Positions 1 to 9,668 of a stretch of 64,000 bases of DNA are shown here, one piece after another. A program made the position numbers and the translations under genes. The notes under the pieces were generated by a model. It saw nothing but the letters and a program-made list of their open reading frames with translations. It ran no database searches and was not told where the DNA came from. The DNA comes from an uncultured delta proteobacterium (GTDB lineage: Bacteria; Desulfobacterota; Desulfomonilia; UBA1062): positions 61,411 through 125,410 of the forward strand of contig CAWCTR010000010.1 of NCBI GenBank assembly GCA_963798485.1. The letters are read 5' to 3'. Positions within the stretch are counted from its first letter, which is position 1. Every line of letters starts with the position of its first letter.

Positions 1-3
1 CTC

Positions 4-1617
4 ATGATGTTCAATTTTCTTGTAGACGAGAATATCGGGATGGCCAAGTTTGCGAGCATCGGGAACAAGCTCGATCTTGACGAAGTAGACTTCCTCGAAT
101 ATTTCATTTCCGACCCGGATACGAAGATCATCTGTCTGTATCTGGAGAGCATCGAAAGGGGGCAGAGGTTCATCGAGGTTGCCATGCAGAGCCCCAAGCC
201 CATTGTTGTCCTGAAATCAAATACGACGAGCGCCGGAAGAAAGGCCGCCATGAGCCATACCGCTGCGCTCAGCAATGATGATGCAATCATCGATACGGCC
301 TTTGAGCGCGCTGGTGTTATCCGAATCCACGACTACCATGATTTCTTTGCTATAGTGAAGGCATTCGAGCTCCCTCCCATGAAGGGAAGGAGGGTCATGG
401 TGATGAGCCCTGCCGGAGGGTTTTCCGTCATAACTACAGACCTTTGTGAGAAGGCGGGTTTTACCTTTGCAGACCCTGGCCGCGATTTCTATGACAGCTT
501 GCAGAAGTTTTCCAATGCAGGCGTCATAAAGTTCTCAAACCCGCTGGATATGGGGGATATCTATGATCCGCAGCTTTCAGCCCATGTGATCTATTCCGTA
601 ATGCACAGCGATCAGGTTGATGGCGTGCTCTTTGTCGGTCAACGCCCACAGATGCCGGCCGGGGAAAATGTCTTTTACCGTATGTTCCTCACCGATATGT
701 CGAAGGAGGCCTGGGGCACGATCCTCTCCTCGGGAAAGCCTCTCGGGATATGCCTTTTTGGACCATCCAGGATGATCCTGCAGACAAAGCGGACAGTGAA
801 CTTCCCGGTTTTCAACAGCGCTGAGGAGATGGTCCGGGTCATGGCCATGCAGATGAATTTTTATGAGCACAGGTCGCGGCCTGCTTTTAAAACTGAGATG
901 CCGACAGCGGTCCGGTTGCGTAAAGCCGACTCGTGGATTCAGGACAAGTCCGGTGACATAGGAGAAGAGACTATAGAGCTTTTGGAGACATTCGGGGTGT
1001 CTGTAGCAAAAAGCATGGTGATTCAGGATGCCAATCAGGCTGCAAAGTATGCTCAGAAGATAGGATTTCCTGTTGTGATGAAAGTTGTCTCTCCGGATGC
1101 ACTCCACAAGTCCGAAGCAGGGGGTGTTGTGCTTAATGTCAGTGATGTGGGCCAGGTAAGGCAGTCATATAAGGGGCTCCGGGATAATCTCTATGCTTAC
1201 AAGAGGGATGCACGGTTCAAAGGAGTAAGGATCGGACCAATGGCGCCTGATGGATGCGATATGTTCATCGGTGCGAAATATGATGCATCGTTCGGGCCGG
1301 TTGTGTTCTTCGGAATGGGTGGTGTGTATATTGAGATCTTAAAAGATGTTGCATCTGCATTGTGCCCGACAACGCCACAGGAGGTGATGGAAAAACTGGA
1401 AAGATTGAAATCCTTCGCTTTGCTCAAGGGATACCGGGGACAAGATCCTTATGACATCGATGCGTTTGTTGATTGTGTGGTGAGGGTATCCCATCTTATG
1501 AGCAGATTCACCCGGATAGAAGAGCTTGATGTCAATCCGGTCAGGGTGTTCTCCGGAGGCAAAGGTCTCCTTGCGCTGGATGCACGAATGAGAATCAGAA
1601 AATCATCATCCGCTTGA
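4..1617 (+). CDS. Acyl-CoA synthetase (NDP-forming)/acetate-CoA ligase family, CoA-ligase plus ATP-grasp domains; N-terminus probably lies upstream of the window
   Basis: SIGNKLD, AAMSHTAAL (phospho-His), NPLDMG, GFPVVMKVVSPDALHKSEAGGV, ELDVNP motifs. Confidence 0.85.
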   Translation: MMFNFLVDENIGMAKFASIGNKLDLDEVDFLEYFISDPDTKIICLYLESIERGQRFIEVAMQSPKPIVVLKSNTTSAGRKAAMSHTAALSNDDAIIDTAFERAGVIRIHDYHDFFAIVKAFELPPMKGRRVMVMSPAGGFSVITTDLCEKAGFTFADPGRDFYDSLQKFSNAGVIKFSNPLDMGDIYDPQLSAHVIYSVMHSDQVDGVLFVGQRPQMPAGENVFYRMFLTDMSKEAWGTILSSGKPLGICLFGPSRMILQTKRTVNFPVFNSAEEMVRVMAMQMNFYEHRSRPAFKTEMPTAVRLRKADSWIQDKSGDIGEETIELLETFGVSVAKSMVIQDANQAAKYAQKIGFPVVMKVVSPDALHKSEAGGVVLNVSDVGQVRQSYKGLRDNLYAYKRDARFKGVRIGPMAPDGCDMFIGAKYDASFGPVVFFGMGGVYIEILKDVASALCPTTPQEVMEKLERLKSFALLKGYRGQDPYDIDAFVDCVVRVSHLMSRFTRIEELDVNPVRVFSGGKGLLALDARMRIRKSSSA

Positions 1618-3267
1618 TCAACCCCCGTATTTCCGGGCGTACTGTTCCACCATCCTATACTTCTGCACCTTGCCGCTCGCGGTCATGGGCACTGATTCCA
1701 CGAATTCCCAATATCTTGGTATCTTATGACGGGCTATCTTTCCCTGACAGAAGGAGATAAATTCATTGTCCGTGGCCTTCTCTCCCGGTTTTAACATAAT
1801 GGCGGCAAGGACCTGCTCACCATATTTTTTATCAGGGATGCCGACTACATAGACATCCATCACCTTTGTGTTTTTACGGAGATACTCCTCGATCTCTCTG
1901 GGATATATGTTTTCACCGCCACGGATGATCATCTCCTTGATCCTGCCGGTGACCTTAAAATAACCATGTTCATCAAGGGTGCCCAGGTCGCCGGTATGGA
2001 GCCATCCATCTTTGTCAATTGCATAGGCAGTTTCATCTTGCATCTTATAATAACCCTTCATTACGCATGAGCTCCTGGTGACGATTTCACCTTGAACATT
2101 GGGGGGAAGATCCTCTCCTGTCGCCGGGTCTATGATTTTGCCCTCTATGTCAGGCAGCAGCCTCCCAACGGTTGCAACCCTCAAGTCGATAGGATCACCC
2201 CTCCTTGTCATGGTCATCACCGGAGAGGATTCGGTCTGACCGAAAGCGATCACGACTTCAGGACAATGCATTATCTCTATTACCTGATTCATCGTCTCAA
2301 TCGGGCAGGGTGCCCCGGCCATGATGCCTGTCCTGAGGGACTTCATTGAATACTTGCTGAAATCCGCATGACCAAGGATAGTGATGAACATGGTGGGGAC
2401 CCCGTTAATCGCAGTGCACTTCTCCTGCTCGATGTATCTCAATGCCTTTGCAGGATCAAAATACTCCACAAGCACCATGGTTGAACCGTGCACCATACAG
2501 TTAAGCGAGCTCATGACGCAGCCGAAGCAGTGGAAGAGGGGGACCTGTATAAGCAACCGGTCTTTCTCGGTCATACCCATGACATCGCCGACCATCCGTG
2601 CATTATTGATGATATTGTAGTGGGTGAGCATGACACCTTTGGGGAAGCCGGTGGTACCGGATGTATACTGCATGTTCACAACATCATTGAAGTGAACCAT
2701 GTTCTCGCGCCTTGCAAGCTCATCATCAGATATATCCTTGCCCATGGCAAATATCCGATCAAATGAAAACATCCCGGGGATCTCTTTCCTATTACCGATG
2801 TAAATCACATTCTTGAGATAGGGCAATTTCGGTACGCCCAGTTTCCCCGCCTTGGCAGTATCCAACTCAGGGATAACCTCATGGGCGGTTCTGTAAAAGT
2901 TGGTGTCCCTGTATTCCTCCATAAGCACCAAGGTTGTGGAATCGGATTGGTTGAGGATATATTCGAGTTCATTGGATTTATAATTGGTGTTCACGGTCAC
3001 AAGTACGGCACCTATCATCCCGAGCCCGAACTGCATGTATACCCATTCAGGTATATTTGTCGTCCACACTGAGACGTGATCACCCTTCTGTATACCCAGC
3101 GCCATGAACCCCTTTGCGACCCCTATAGTTTTTTCGAGCAATTCCTGATAGCTCAGCCTGAGGTTGATATCCGGATATACGAGGGCGTCGTTGTTCGGAA
3201 ATTTCGATGCGGTCTCTCTGATGAGTTTACCCATGGTGATCTCTCGGAAGGCTGTCATGGCTGTCAT
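1618..3267 (-). CDS. AMP-binding fatty acyl-CoA synthetase
   Basis: QYTSGTTGFPKG, FGQTES, WLHTGD, GRIKEMIIRGGEN, PMTASGKVQK; start set at ATG 3267 behind AAGGAG (ORF track starts at 3306). Confidence 0.9.
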   Translation of the reverse strand: MTAMTAFREITMGKLIRETASKFPNNDALVYPDINLRLSYQELLEKTIGVAKGFMALGIQKGDHVSVWTTNIPEWVYMQFGLGMIGAVLVTVNTNYKSNELEYILNQSDSTTLVLMEEYRDTNFYRTAHEVIPELDTAKAGKLGVPKLPYLKNVIYIGNRKEIPGMFSFDRIFAMGKDISDDELARRENMVHFNDVVNMQYTSGTTGFPKGVMLTHYNIINNARMVGDVMGMTEKDRLLIQVPLFHCFGCVMSSLNCMVHGSTMVLVEYFDPAKALRYIEQEKCTAINGVPTMFITILGHADFSKYSMKSLRTGIMAGAPCPIETMNQVIEIMHCPEVVIAFGQTESSPVMTMTRRGDPIDLRVATVGRLLPDIEGKIIDPATGEDLPPNVQGEIVTRSSCVMKGYYKMQDETAYAIDKDGWLHTGDLGTLDEHGYFKVTGRIKEMIIRGGENIYPREIEEYLRKNTKVMDVYVVGIPDKKYGEQVLAAIMLKPGEKATDNEFISFCQGKIARHKIPRYWEFVESVPMTASGKVQKYRMVEQYARKYGG

Positions 3268-3405
3268 TCTCCTTTGGTAGATGGTCTCATTTTTTACTAT
3301 GTACACCTAGGTAATACGAATAATTACAAAGAGATAAAATTGACTTAATTATCAAACTAACACGAGTATAAATAATCCTGATCCGTATGTCAATAAGAAT
3401 TTGTC

Positions 3406-4173
3406 TTAGAACATGATAGCGGTGAGAACGTAATCTGCAATCAGGATGCTTACCGAAGAGAGTACTACTGATTGTGTAGCAGCCTGCCCGACGCCTTCCG
3501 CGCCCCCGCTTGTGCTGTATCCCTTGTAGCATCCGACTATTGCCAAGATTGCCCCGAAGAAGGCGCCCTTGATCAATCCGGAAAACAGATCCGTGTACCC
3601 GACATACTCGATAATGCGGGACATGAATACCCCTTTATCGATACCAAGTATTGCTGTTCCAACAAGGTAGGATCCGATCATCCCGATACTATCGAAGATA
3701 AGGGTGAGCATGGGCATCGTAATGATAGTAGCGACAATCCTCGGAATGATAAGGTATTGAAAAGGGTTAACACCCATAACAACCAGCGCATCGATCTGTT
3801 GTGTCACACGCATGATCCCGATCTCGGCAGTCATTGCGGAGCCGGCTCGGGCTGTCACCATTAAAGCTGCAAGAACCGGTCCGAGTTCTCTTAGTAGGCC
3901 CAGGGCAGTTGTAGATCCGACAAGAGACTCTGCCCCGAAGAGGCTGAACCCATGATAAGTCTGCAACGCGCTCACCATGCCGGAGAATATGCCTGTGAGC
4001 ATTACAACGGGTGTTGAACGAATGCCGATAAACTCCATTTGTTTAAAGAGCTGCTTAATAAACACTGGGGGTTTTACAATATGGGTTATTACCTGGAAGA
4101 AGAAGATGAAAAAGGCGCCCAACTCCTCCACAAAGGAGATTGTTATCTTGCCGATGTACTCTAAGATATTCAT
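3406..4173 (-). CDS. mlaE: MlaE-family ABC transporter permease
   Basis: LRELGPVLAALMVTARAGSAMTAEIG, QIDAL..MGVNP, GGAEGVG motifs. Confidence 0.9.
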   Translation of the reverse strand: MNILEYIGKITISFVEELGAFFIFFFQVITHIVKPPVFIKQLFKQMEFIGIRSTPVVMLTGIFSGMVSALQTYHGFSLFGAESLVGSTTALGLLRELGPVLAALMVTARAGSAMTAEIGIMRVTQQIDALVVMGVNPFQYLIIPRIVATIITMPMLTLIFDSIGMIGSYLVGTAILGIDKGVFMSRIIEYVGYTDLFSGLIKGAFFGAILAIVGCYKGYSTSGGAEGVGQAATQSVVLSSVSILIADYVLTAIMF

Positions 4174-5666
4174 GTATTCCTGTGGTTGGATATCACCCTA
4201 GCCACAATCTCCTTCCAGCCCGAATACATTTTTTCCCTGGTGTCTCCATCGATCTTTGGTAAAAAGATATGATCAGAACCTCTTAAAGACCTGATTTCAT
4301 CTCCCGGGTTCCAGAAGCCCGTTGCTATGCCTGCAAGATAGGCCGCCCCCATACCGGTTGACTCTATATGATTGGATCTGTCTACCGGACAACCCAGGAT
4401 ATCGGACTGGAACTGCATCAAAAAATCGTTTCTGCATGCACCCCCGTCGACTTTCATGTCTGAGAATGATGTACTCGTGCACTGTTCGAACGCGCTGATG
4501 AGATCCTTTACCTGATAGGCTATGCCCTCAAGGGCTGCACGTACAATATGCGCCTTTGTGGTGCTTCGGGTAATCCCCATGATGGCGCCCCGTGCATACA
4601 TATCCCAGTAGGGTGCACCTAATCCTGCAAAGGCAGGAACCATGTATACCCCGTGAGAATCGCTCACGCTCTCGGCAATCTCCTGGCATTGTGCAGCATC
4701 GGCAATCAGTCCAAGCCCGTCGCGCAACCACTGTATCGCAGCCCCTGCAATGAACACAGATCCTTCGAGTGCATAACAGGGTTTTCCTGTATCATCGCAC
4801 GCCAGTGTGAGGATAAGACCGTTTTTCGGCTCAATCTTTTGAGTTCCGACATTCAGCAGGAGAAAACAGCCTGTTCCGTAGGTGTTCTTTGCCTGTCCCG
4901 CATTAAAGCACCCCTGGCCGAACAGTGCCGCCTGCTGATCGCCTGCAATGCCCGCAATGGGTATGGCAACCCCCGTGACATCAGGATCGGACTTGCCGAT
5001 GATTTCTGCAGATGACACAACGCGGGGAAGCATGGCGCGGGGAATATCGAGAATTTCTAAGAGTTGATCATCCCAGGATCTTTCATGGATATTAAACATC
5101 AAGGTCCTGGATGCATTGGTGTAGTCCGTTACATGGAGCCTACCCTTGGTGAGCTTGGCTATAAGCCAGGTATCAATAGTACCAAAGGCGATCTCCCCGG
5201 ACTTCGCACGGGACCTTAAGCCCGGGATCGTATCAAGAAGCCATTTGACCTTGGTGCCTGAAAAATATGCATCGAGAACGAGGCCTGTCTTTTCTTGGAA
5301 AAGGCCTTCATTCCCTTCATGTTTTAATGCATCACAGATCTGTGCTGATCTCCTGCATTGCCAGACAATGGCGTTATGCACGGGCTTTAATGTGTCTCTG
5401 TCCCATAAAACGGTTGTCTCCCTCTGGTTTGTGATCCCAATGGATATAATCTCTTTGGGCTGGACATAGGCAGCATCAAGGGCCTTTCTCATGACACCCA
5501 AGGTTGTCTCCCAAATCACCTCAGGGTCATGCTCAACCCAACCTGGCCGGGGAAAGATCTGGGGAAATTCAGAGTAAGCCAATCCCACCACCTGACCCTT
5601 GTGGTTAAGGATCATAACCCTGCTTCCTGTTGTCCCCTGATCAATTGCCAGTACATAGCCGTTCAT
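4170..5666 (-). CDS. glpK: Glycerol kinase
   Basis: AIDQGTTGSR, ITNQRETT, GDQQAALFGQ, KNTYGTGCF, YALEGS, PAFAGLGAPYWD. Confidence 0.97.
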   Translation of the reverse strand: MNGYVLAIDQGTTGSRVMILNHKGQVVGLAYSEFPQIFPRPGWVEHDPEVIWETTLGVMRKALDAAYVQPKEIISIGITNQRETTVLWDRDTLKPVHNAIVWQCRRSAQICDALKHEGNEGLFQEKTGLVLDAYFSGTKVKWLLDTIPGLRSRAKSGEIAFGTIDTWLIAKLTKGRLHVTDYTNASRTLMFNIHERSWDDQLLEILDIPRAMLPRVVSSAEIIGKSDPDVTGVAIPIAGIAGDQQAALFGQGCFNAGQAKNTYGTGCFLLLNVGTQKIEPKNGLILTLACDDTGKPCYALEGSVFIAGAAIQWLRDGLGLIADAAQCQEIAESVSDSHGVYMVPAFAGLGAPYWDMYARGAIMGITRSTTKAHIVRAALEGIAYQVKDLISAFEQCTSTSFSDMKVDGGACRNDFLMQFQSDILGCPVDRSNHIESTGMGAAYLAGIATGFWNPGDEIRSLRGSDHIFLPKIDGDTREKMYSGWKEIVARVISNHRNT

Positions 5667-5686
5667 GAATCGAGCCCCCTTCTAAC

Positions 5687-6259
5687 TCATTCGCCTTGCA
5701 ATTGTACTCCGAATTTTTTCAAGTCTTTGTAGAGATGAGAAAGCGGCAAGCCAATGACATTGGTGTAGCACCCATGGATTTTTTCTATGAACAATGATCC
5801 AATGCCTTGTACTGCATACGCCCCTGCCTTGTCCATGGGTTCACCGGTTGAGACATACCAGGAGATCTCTTTTACAGTCATGGCCCTGAAACGGACCTTT
5901 GTTTTTACCACCTTTGATAGAGAACGATTCCCTGATGCTATAGTATACCCAGTGAGAACATCATGCATTTTATCTTGAAGGAGCATGAGAAAATCATAAG
6001 CTTCACTTGGGCCCCGAGGTTTGCCAAGGATCGTTCCATCAATCACGACAATTGTGTCTGCCCCGATGACCAGTGCATCAGGATATTTCTGCGACACTAG
6101 AATCGCCTTTTCCTTGCTGACCCGCAAGCAAAATGATCGCGGTGTTTCATCCGGTAGCTGAACTTCAGGTATGTTGGGGGCTACTACTTGGAAGGGTATT
6201 CCAAGCAGCGAGAGCAGTTCTTTTCGCCTCGGAGAGCCCGATGAGAGTAACATCTGCAT
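5687..6259 (-). CDS. maf: Maf-family nucleoside triphosphate pyrophosphatase
   Basis: SGSPRRKELL, GADTIV, GEPMDKAGAY, NVIGLPL. Confidence 0.95.
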   Translation of the reverse strand: MQMLLSSGSPRRKELLSLLGIPFQVVAPNIPEVQLPDETPRSFCLRVSKEKAILVSQKYPDALVIGADTIVVIDGTILGKPRGPSEAYDFLMLLQDKMHDVLTGYTIASGNRSLSKVVKTKVRFRAMTVKEISWYVSTGEPMDKAGAYAVQGIGSLFIEKIHGCYTNVIGLPLSHLYKDLKKFGVQLQGE

Positions 6260-6332
6260 AGCCCCACAGACTAAGAGAAATTATTGCGTCTGTCAACTTA
6301 TCTGGGGTGAGGGGCATCGAAGGTGAGGTGTG

Positions 6333-6701
6333 TTAGGTGCGTTCATTCATGTAACGGGGCGAAGTGGAATTTTTCTGTTTATAGCCCTTGAGTGAGACTT
6401 GGCTTTTTCTTAAAGTGCCGATCTCTTGTGCGAGCTCTTCAGTCTGGGTCTTTAGGGACTCGATGAGCTTTTCCTGCTCCTTGTGAAGCCCCCCGATCAT
6501 GATAGAGATATTCTTGTCTTTTACAAGGGAGTTTGATGCTGCAAACACATGGCTGAGCCGTTGCTGAATTGTTAAGGTCATTTGAAAAAGCCTTTCCAAC
6601 TCATGGATGTTTCCCTGGGATAGGGCTTCACTTCCTTTGTTCAGGATAACCCGCCACGACTTGAGGAGTTTCAGTGCTGTTTCAGGATTATGGTCTGCCA
6701 T
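6333..6701 (-). CDS. Hypothetical helical protein, possibly a FliT-like chaperone
   Basis: Coiled-coil-like 122 aa ORF overlapping the fliS 3' end; function inferred from position only. Confidence 0.5.
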   Translation of the reverse strand: MADHNPETALKLLKSWRVILNKGSEALSQGNIHELERLFQMTLTIQQRLSHVFAASNSLVKDKNISIMIGGLHKEQEKLIESLKTQTEELAQEIGTLRKSQVSLKGYKQKNSTSPRYMNERT

Positions 6702-7051
6702 GATTCCCTGAGCTCCTGTAGATAACCGATTACCTCATTGAGAGGGTCGATAGTATTATGGTACTGGGCGTCTATGAGCCGTCTGATCATGTAGTTGTAA
6801 AGTGAATCGAGATTATATGCGATTTCACCTGCCTCAAAGTTCAGGCCGTTAATCAACTCCCACAAGACGTTTTGACTCTTGGTGAGCAATTCGCTCATGG
6901 CATCAACATTCTCCTCCTTGTGAGCCTTAATAGCCTGTCTAATGAAGTTTATGGCGCCGTCATAGCACAAGAGGATAAGATTTCCCTGGTCAGATGTCTG
7001 GATCTGGGTCTTCTTGTATGCTTGGTAACCGATTGTATTTATATTCATCAA
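6671..7051 (-). CDS. fliS: Flagellar export chaperone FliS
   Basis: AYKKTQI, LILLCYDGAINF, GEIAYNLDSLYNYMIRRL, LRESW. Confidence 0.92.
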   Translation of the reverse strand: MMNINTIGYQAYKKTQIQTSDQGNLILLCYDGAINFIRQAIKAHKEENVDAMSELLTKSQNVLWELINGLNFEAGEIAYNLDSLYNYMIRRLIDAQYHNTIDPLNEVIGYLQELRESWQTIILKQH

Positions 7052-7134
7052 AGAGCCCCCCCCAACTCCTTTTCTACTAATACTATCGGTGTCGTCAGAT
7101 ATTTCTTTAGAGTATTCTTAAAGATCTTCATGGA

Positions 7135-8313
7135 TTACTTCAGTGAAGAAAGGGCTTCCTTGATTCTTGCAAGACCCTTGGTAATGTTTTCTTCCGAGGT
7201 GGCAAATGATAATCTTACATGGTTCGGCGCGCCGAACTCTCCACCAGGGACAAGAGCCACCAAGGCCTTCTCGATAAGGTATTCCGAGAAGGCGGTTGCA
7301 TTGCCGAACCGTTCCATGTAACCGTTAATAGAGGGAAATGCATAGAAGGTCCCGTCCGGGGGTATGATATCGATCCCCGGGATCTCTCTGAGCTTGGCAA
7401 CGATAAGATCCCGTCGTTTTTCAAAGATCTTTCTTCTCTCCTCCACAACCAACTGGGTTTGATCACTTGTGAGAGAGGTAATGGCGCCATCCTGGGCGAA
7501 GCTGGTAGGGTTGGATGTGCTCTGACTTTGTAGCCTCTCCATGGCCTTGATAACCTTGCTGTCTCCTATGCAGTAACCGATACGCCACCCGGTCATGGCA
7601 TAGGTTTTTGAAGACCCATCTACGATGAAGGTTCTTTGGGCGACCTCGGGGGAGATCATGGCGGTACTGGAAAACTTAAGCCCATCAAAGATGATCTTGC
7701 GGTAGATATCGTCTGATATGATCACAATATCATGCTTCACACATAACTCGGCAATCCTCTCAAGCTCCAACTTATCGATGATACCTCCTGTGGGATTAGA
7801 GGGAGAATTGATTATGATGCCTTTTGTGCGCGTGGTGATTGCCTCGGCTACCATTTCTGCATGGAGCTTCATGCCGGTAGGCCTGGTGTCGATGGTTATT
7901 GGGGTGGCGCCTGTCATCTCCACCATGGGCGGGTATGATACCCAGTATGGACCAGGGCAGATTACCTCATCCCCTTTTTCGAACAGGGTGAGGAATAGGT
8001 TATAGAGGCTGTGTTTGGCCCCACAAGAGACAATCACATTTTCAGGGGAAACGCTCAAGGCGTAATCCTTTTTGATATTCGCACAGACAGCCTCCTTGAG
8101 CTTGGGGGTGCCGCCGACCGGTGTGTATTTCGTGCTTCCCCTTTTGAGTGCTTCAATGGCAGAGGTTTTGATATTCTCAGGGGTATCGAAATCGGGTTCT
8201 CCTGCAGTGAATCCGATAACATCCTTTCCCTTTGCCTTGAGCTCATTGACCTTGGCGGTCAAGGCGAGGGTCGGTGAACCTGGGATCTTGGAAACGAGTT
8301 TAGATATCTTCAT
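7135..8313 (-). CDS. aspC: PLP-dependent aspartate aminotransferase (class I)
   Basis: GEPDFDTP, PYWVSY, NSPSNPTG, SDDIY, SKTYAMTGWRIGY. Confidence 0.92.
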   Translation of the reverse strand: MKISKLVSKIPGSPTLALTAKVNELKAKGKDVIGFTAGEPDFDTPENIKTSAIEALKRGSTKYTPVGGTPKLKEAVCANIKKDYALSVSPENVIVSCGAKHSLYNLFLTLFEKGDEVICPGPYWVSYPPMVEMTGATPITIDTRPTGMKLHAEMVAEAITTRTKGIIINSPSNPTGGIIDKLELERIAELCVKHDIVIISDDIYRKIIFDGLKFSSTAMISPEVAQRTFIVDGSSKTYAMTGWRIGYCIGDSKVIKAMERLQSQSTSNPTSFAQDGAITSLTSDQTQLVVEERRKIFEKRRDLIVAKLREIPGIDIIPPDGTFYAFPSINGYMERFGNATAFSEYLIEKALVALVPGGEFGAPNHVRLSFATSEENITKGLARIKEALSSLK

Positions 8314-8325
8314 AGCAAATCCTCC

Positions 8326-8835
8326 CTAGTCGTGGTGCTTGGTATTCATATGGGGGAACTTCTCAAGGAGTTTATCCAATGCAGGCTGCGGTATCAGGCC
8401 TTCGACCCATCCGCCTGCTGCGGCTGTTGCCTTGACGATGGTTGAACTGACAAAGAGATGGTTGTAATCCGTCATAAGGAAAAACGTCTCTGCCTCATCA
8501 CAGAGCCTCCTGTTCATGAGGGCAAGTTGCATCTCCAGCTCAAAGTCGGAGATGACCCTGAGGCCCCGCAGGATGGCGCAGGCGCCGACCTTCTTGATGT
8601 AGTCAACGAGCAGACCCTCGAATGAATCAACTTCTATCCTTGGGTTCCCCTCTACGGATTTCTTGATCATGTCGATCTTTTCCTCCGTGGTGAACAGATC
8701 CTGCTTCAGGGGGTTATGACCCACTGCAATTATCACCTTGTCGAAGACACAAAGGCCTCGGCGGACGATATCAAGGTGTCCATTGGTGATGGGGTCAAAG
8801 GAGCCGGGGCAGACGGCGATCTTTTCCCTTTTCAT
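8326..8835 (-). CDS. coaD: Phosphopantetheine adenylyltransferase
   Basis: PGSFDPITNGHLDI, RGLR..SDF, VSSTIVK. Confidence 0.96.
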   Translation of the reverse strand: MKREKIAVCPGSFDPITNGHLDIVRRGLCVFDKVIIAVGHNPLKQDLFTTEEKIDMIKKSVEGNPRIEVDSFEGLLVDYIKKVGACAILRGLRVISDFELEMQLALMNRRLCDEAETFFLMTDYNHLFVSSTIVKATAAAGGWVEGLIPQPALDKLLEKFPHMNTKHHD

Positions 8836-9362
8836 TCCTCACTCCTCACAAAATATGAAACGGCGGTGTCCCCATACCTTTTCGTTTTCCATGCAGACAA
8901 TGGGATCTCCTCTTTCGTTGAGTGTTCCACCACCAATATCCCTCCAGGGTTCAGGAGGTTATATACATGAGGCGCCAATTGCGAGGCAAGACCTTTATGG
9001 TAGGGAGGGTCCATGAATATGAGGTCAAAGGAGGTGCTGCATGTATTGATATAGGTGCGGGCATCGATCTTGATGATGATCGCAAGCTGATTCGCATCTA
9101 TGACATGGATATTCCGCTCAATGACAGTGATGCACTCCCTGGCATTCTCGACAAAGGTGACCCGGGCCGCACCCCTGCTTATGGCCTCAATCCCCAGGCC
9201 GCCGCTGCCTGCAAAGAGGTCTAAGACTACGGAATCTTGAAGATGATGGATCAGTGTAGAGAAGATCGCTTCCTTCACGCGATCGGTTGTCGGCCGCACC
9301 TTTGAAGCAGGGCATTCAAGACGAATAGAACGGTATCTTCCGCCGCATATCCTGGTAGACAT
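8832..9362 (-). CDS. rsmD: 16S rRNA m2G966 methyltransferase
   Basis: RPTTDRVKEAIF, LDLFAGSGGLGIEA, DPPY; start moved to ATG 9362 (MSTRICGG). Confidence 0.92.
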   Translation of the reverse strand: MSTRICGGRYRSIRLECPASKVRPTTDRVKEAIFSTLIHHLQDSVVLDLFAGSGGLGIEAISRGAARVTFVENARECITVIERNIHVIDANQLAIIIKIDARTYINTCSTSFDLIFMDPPYHKGLASQLAPHVYNLLNPGGILVVEHSTKEEIPLSAWKTKRYGDTAVSYFVRSEE

Positions 9363-9668
9363 GGACGGTAGGATAAGGGAGAACGCCCGGGAGGTCAATA
9401 CGACTGTCGAACGAATATGAGAGAGCATGGAGGGGTGGTATGTTGAAATAACATACAAAGATGAGACCAGAAATGGAATTCAATTTCCGCTGAAGAAGAA
9501 AATGTTTATACCAAGGTGCCTCTTGCAAAGCATTTCAATTTTCTAATTTATTGAAATCATGCGCAACAGATATTTGCATAAGTTTTGCATGCAATAATAT
9601 CTTAATAATTAATTCTTTGTTATGATTTTCCTCCTTTATAACTCTACATAGTTTAGAGGAGGTTTCTT

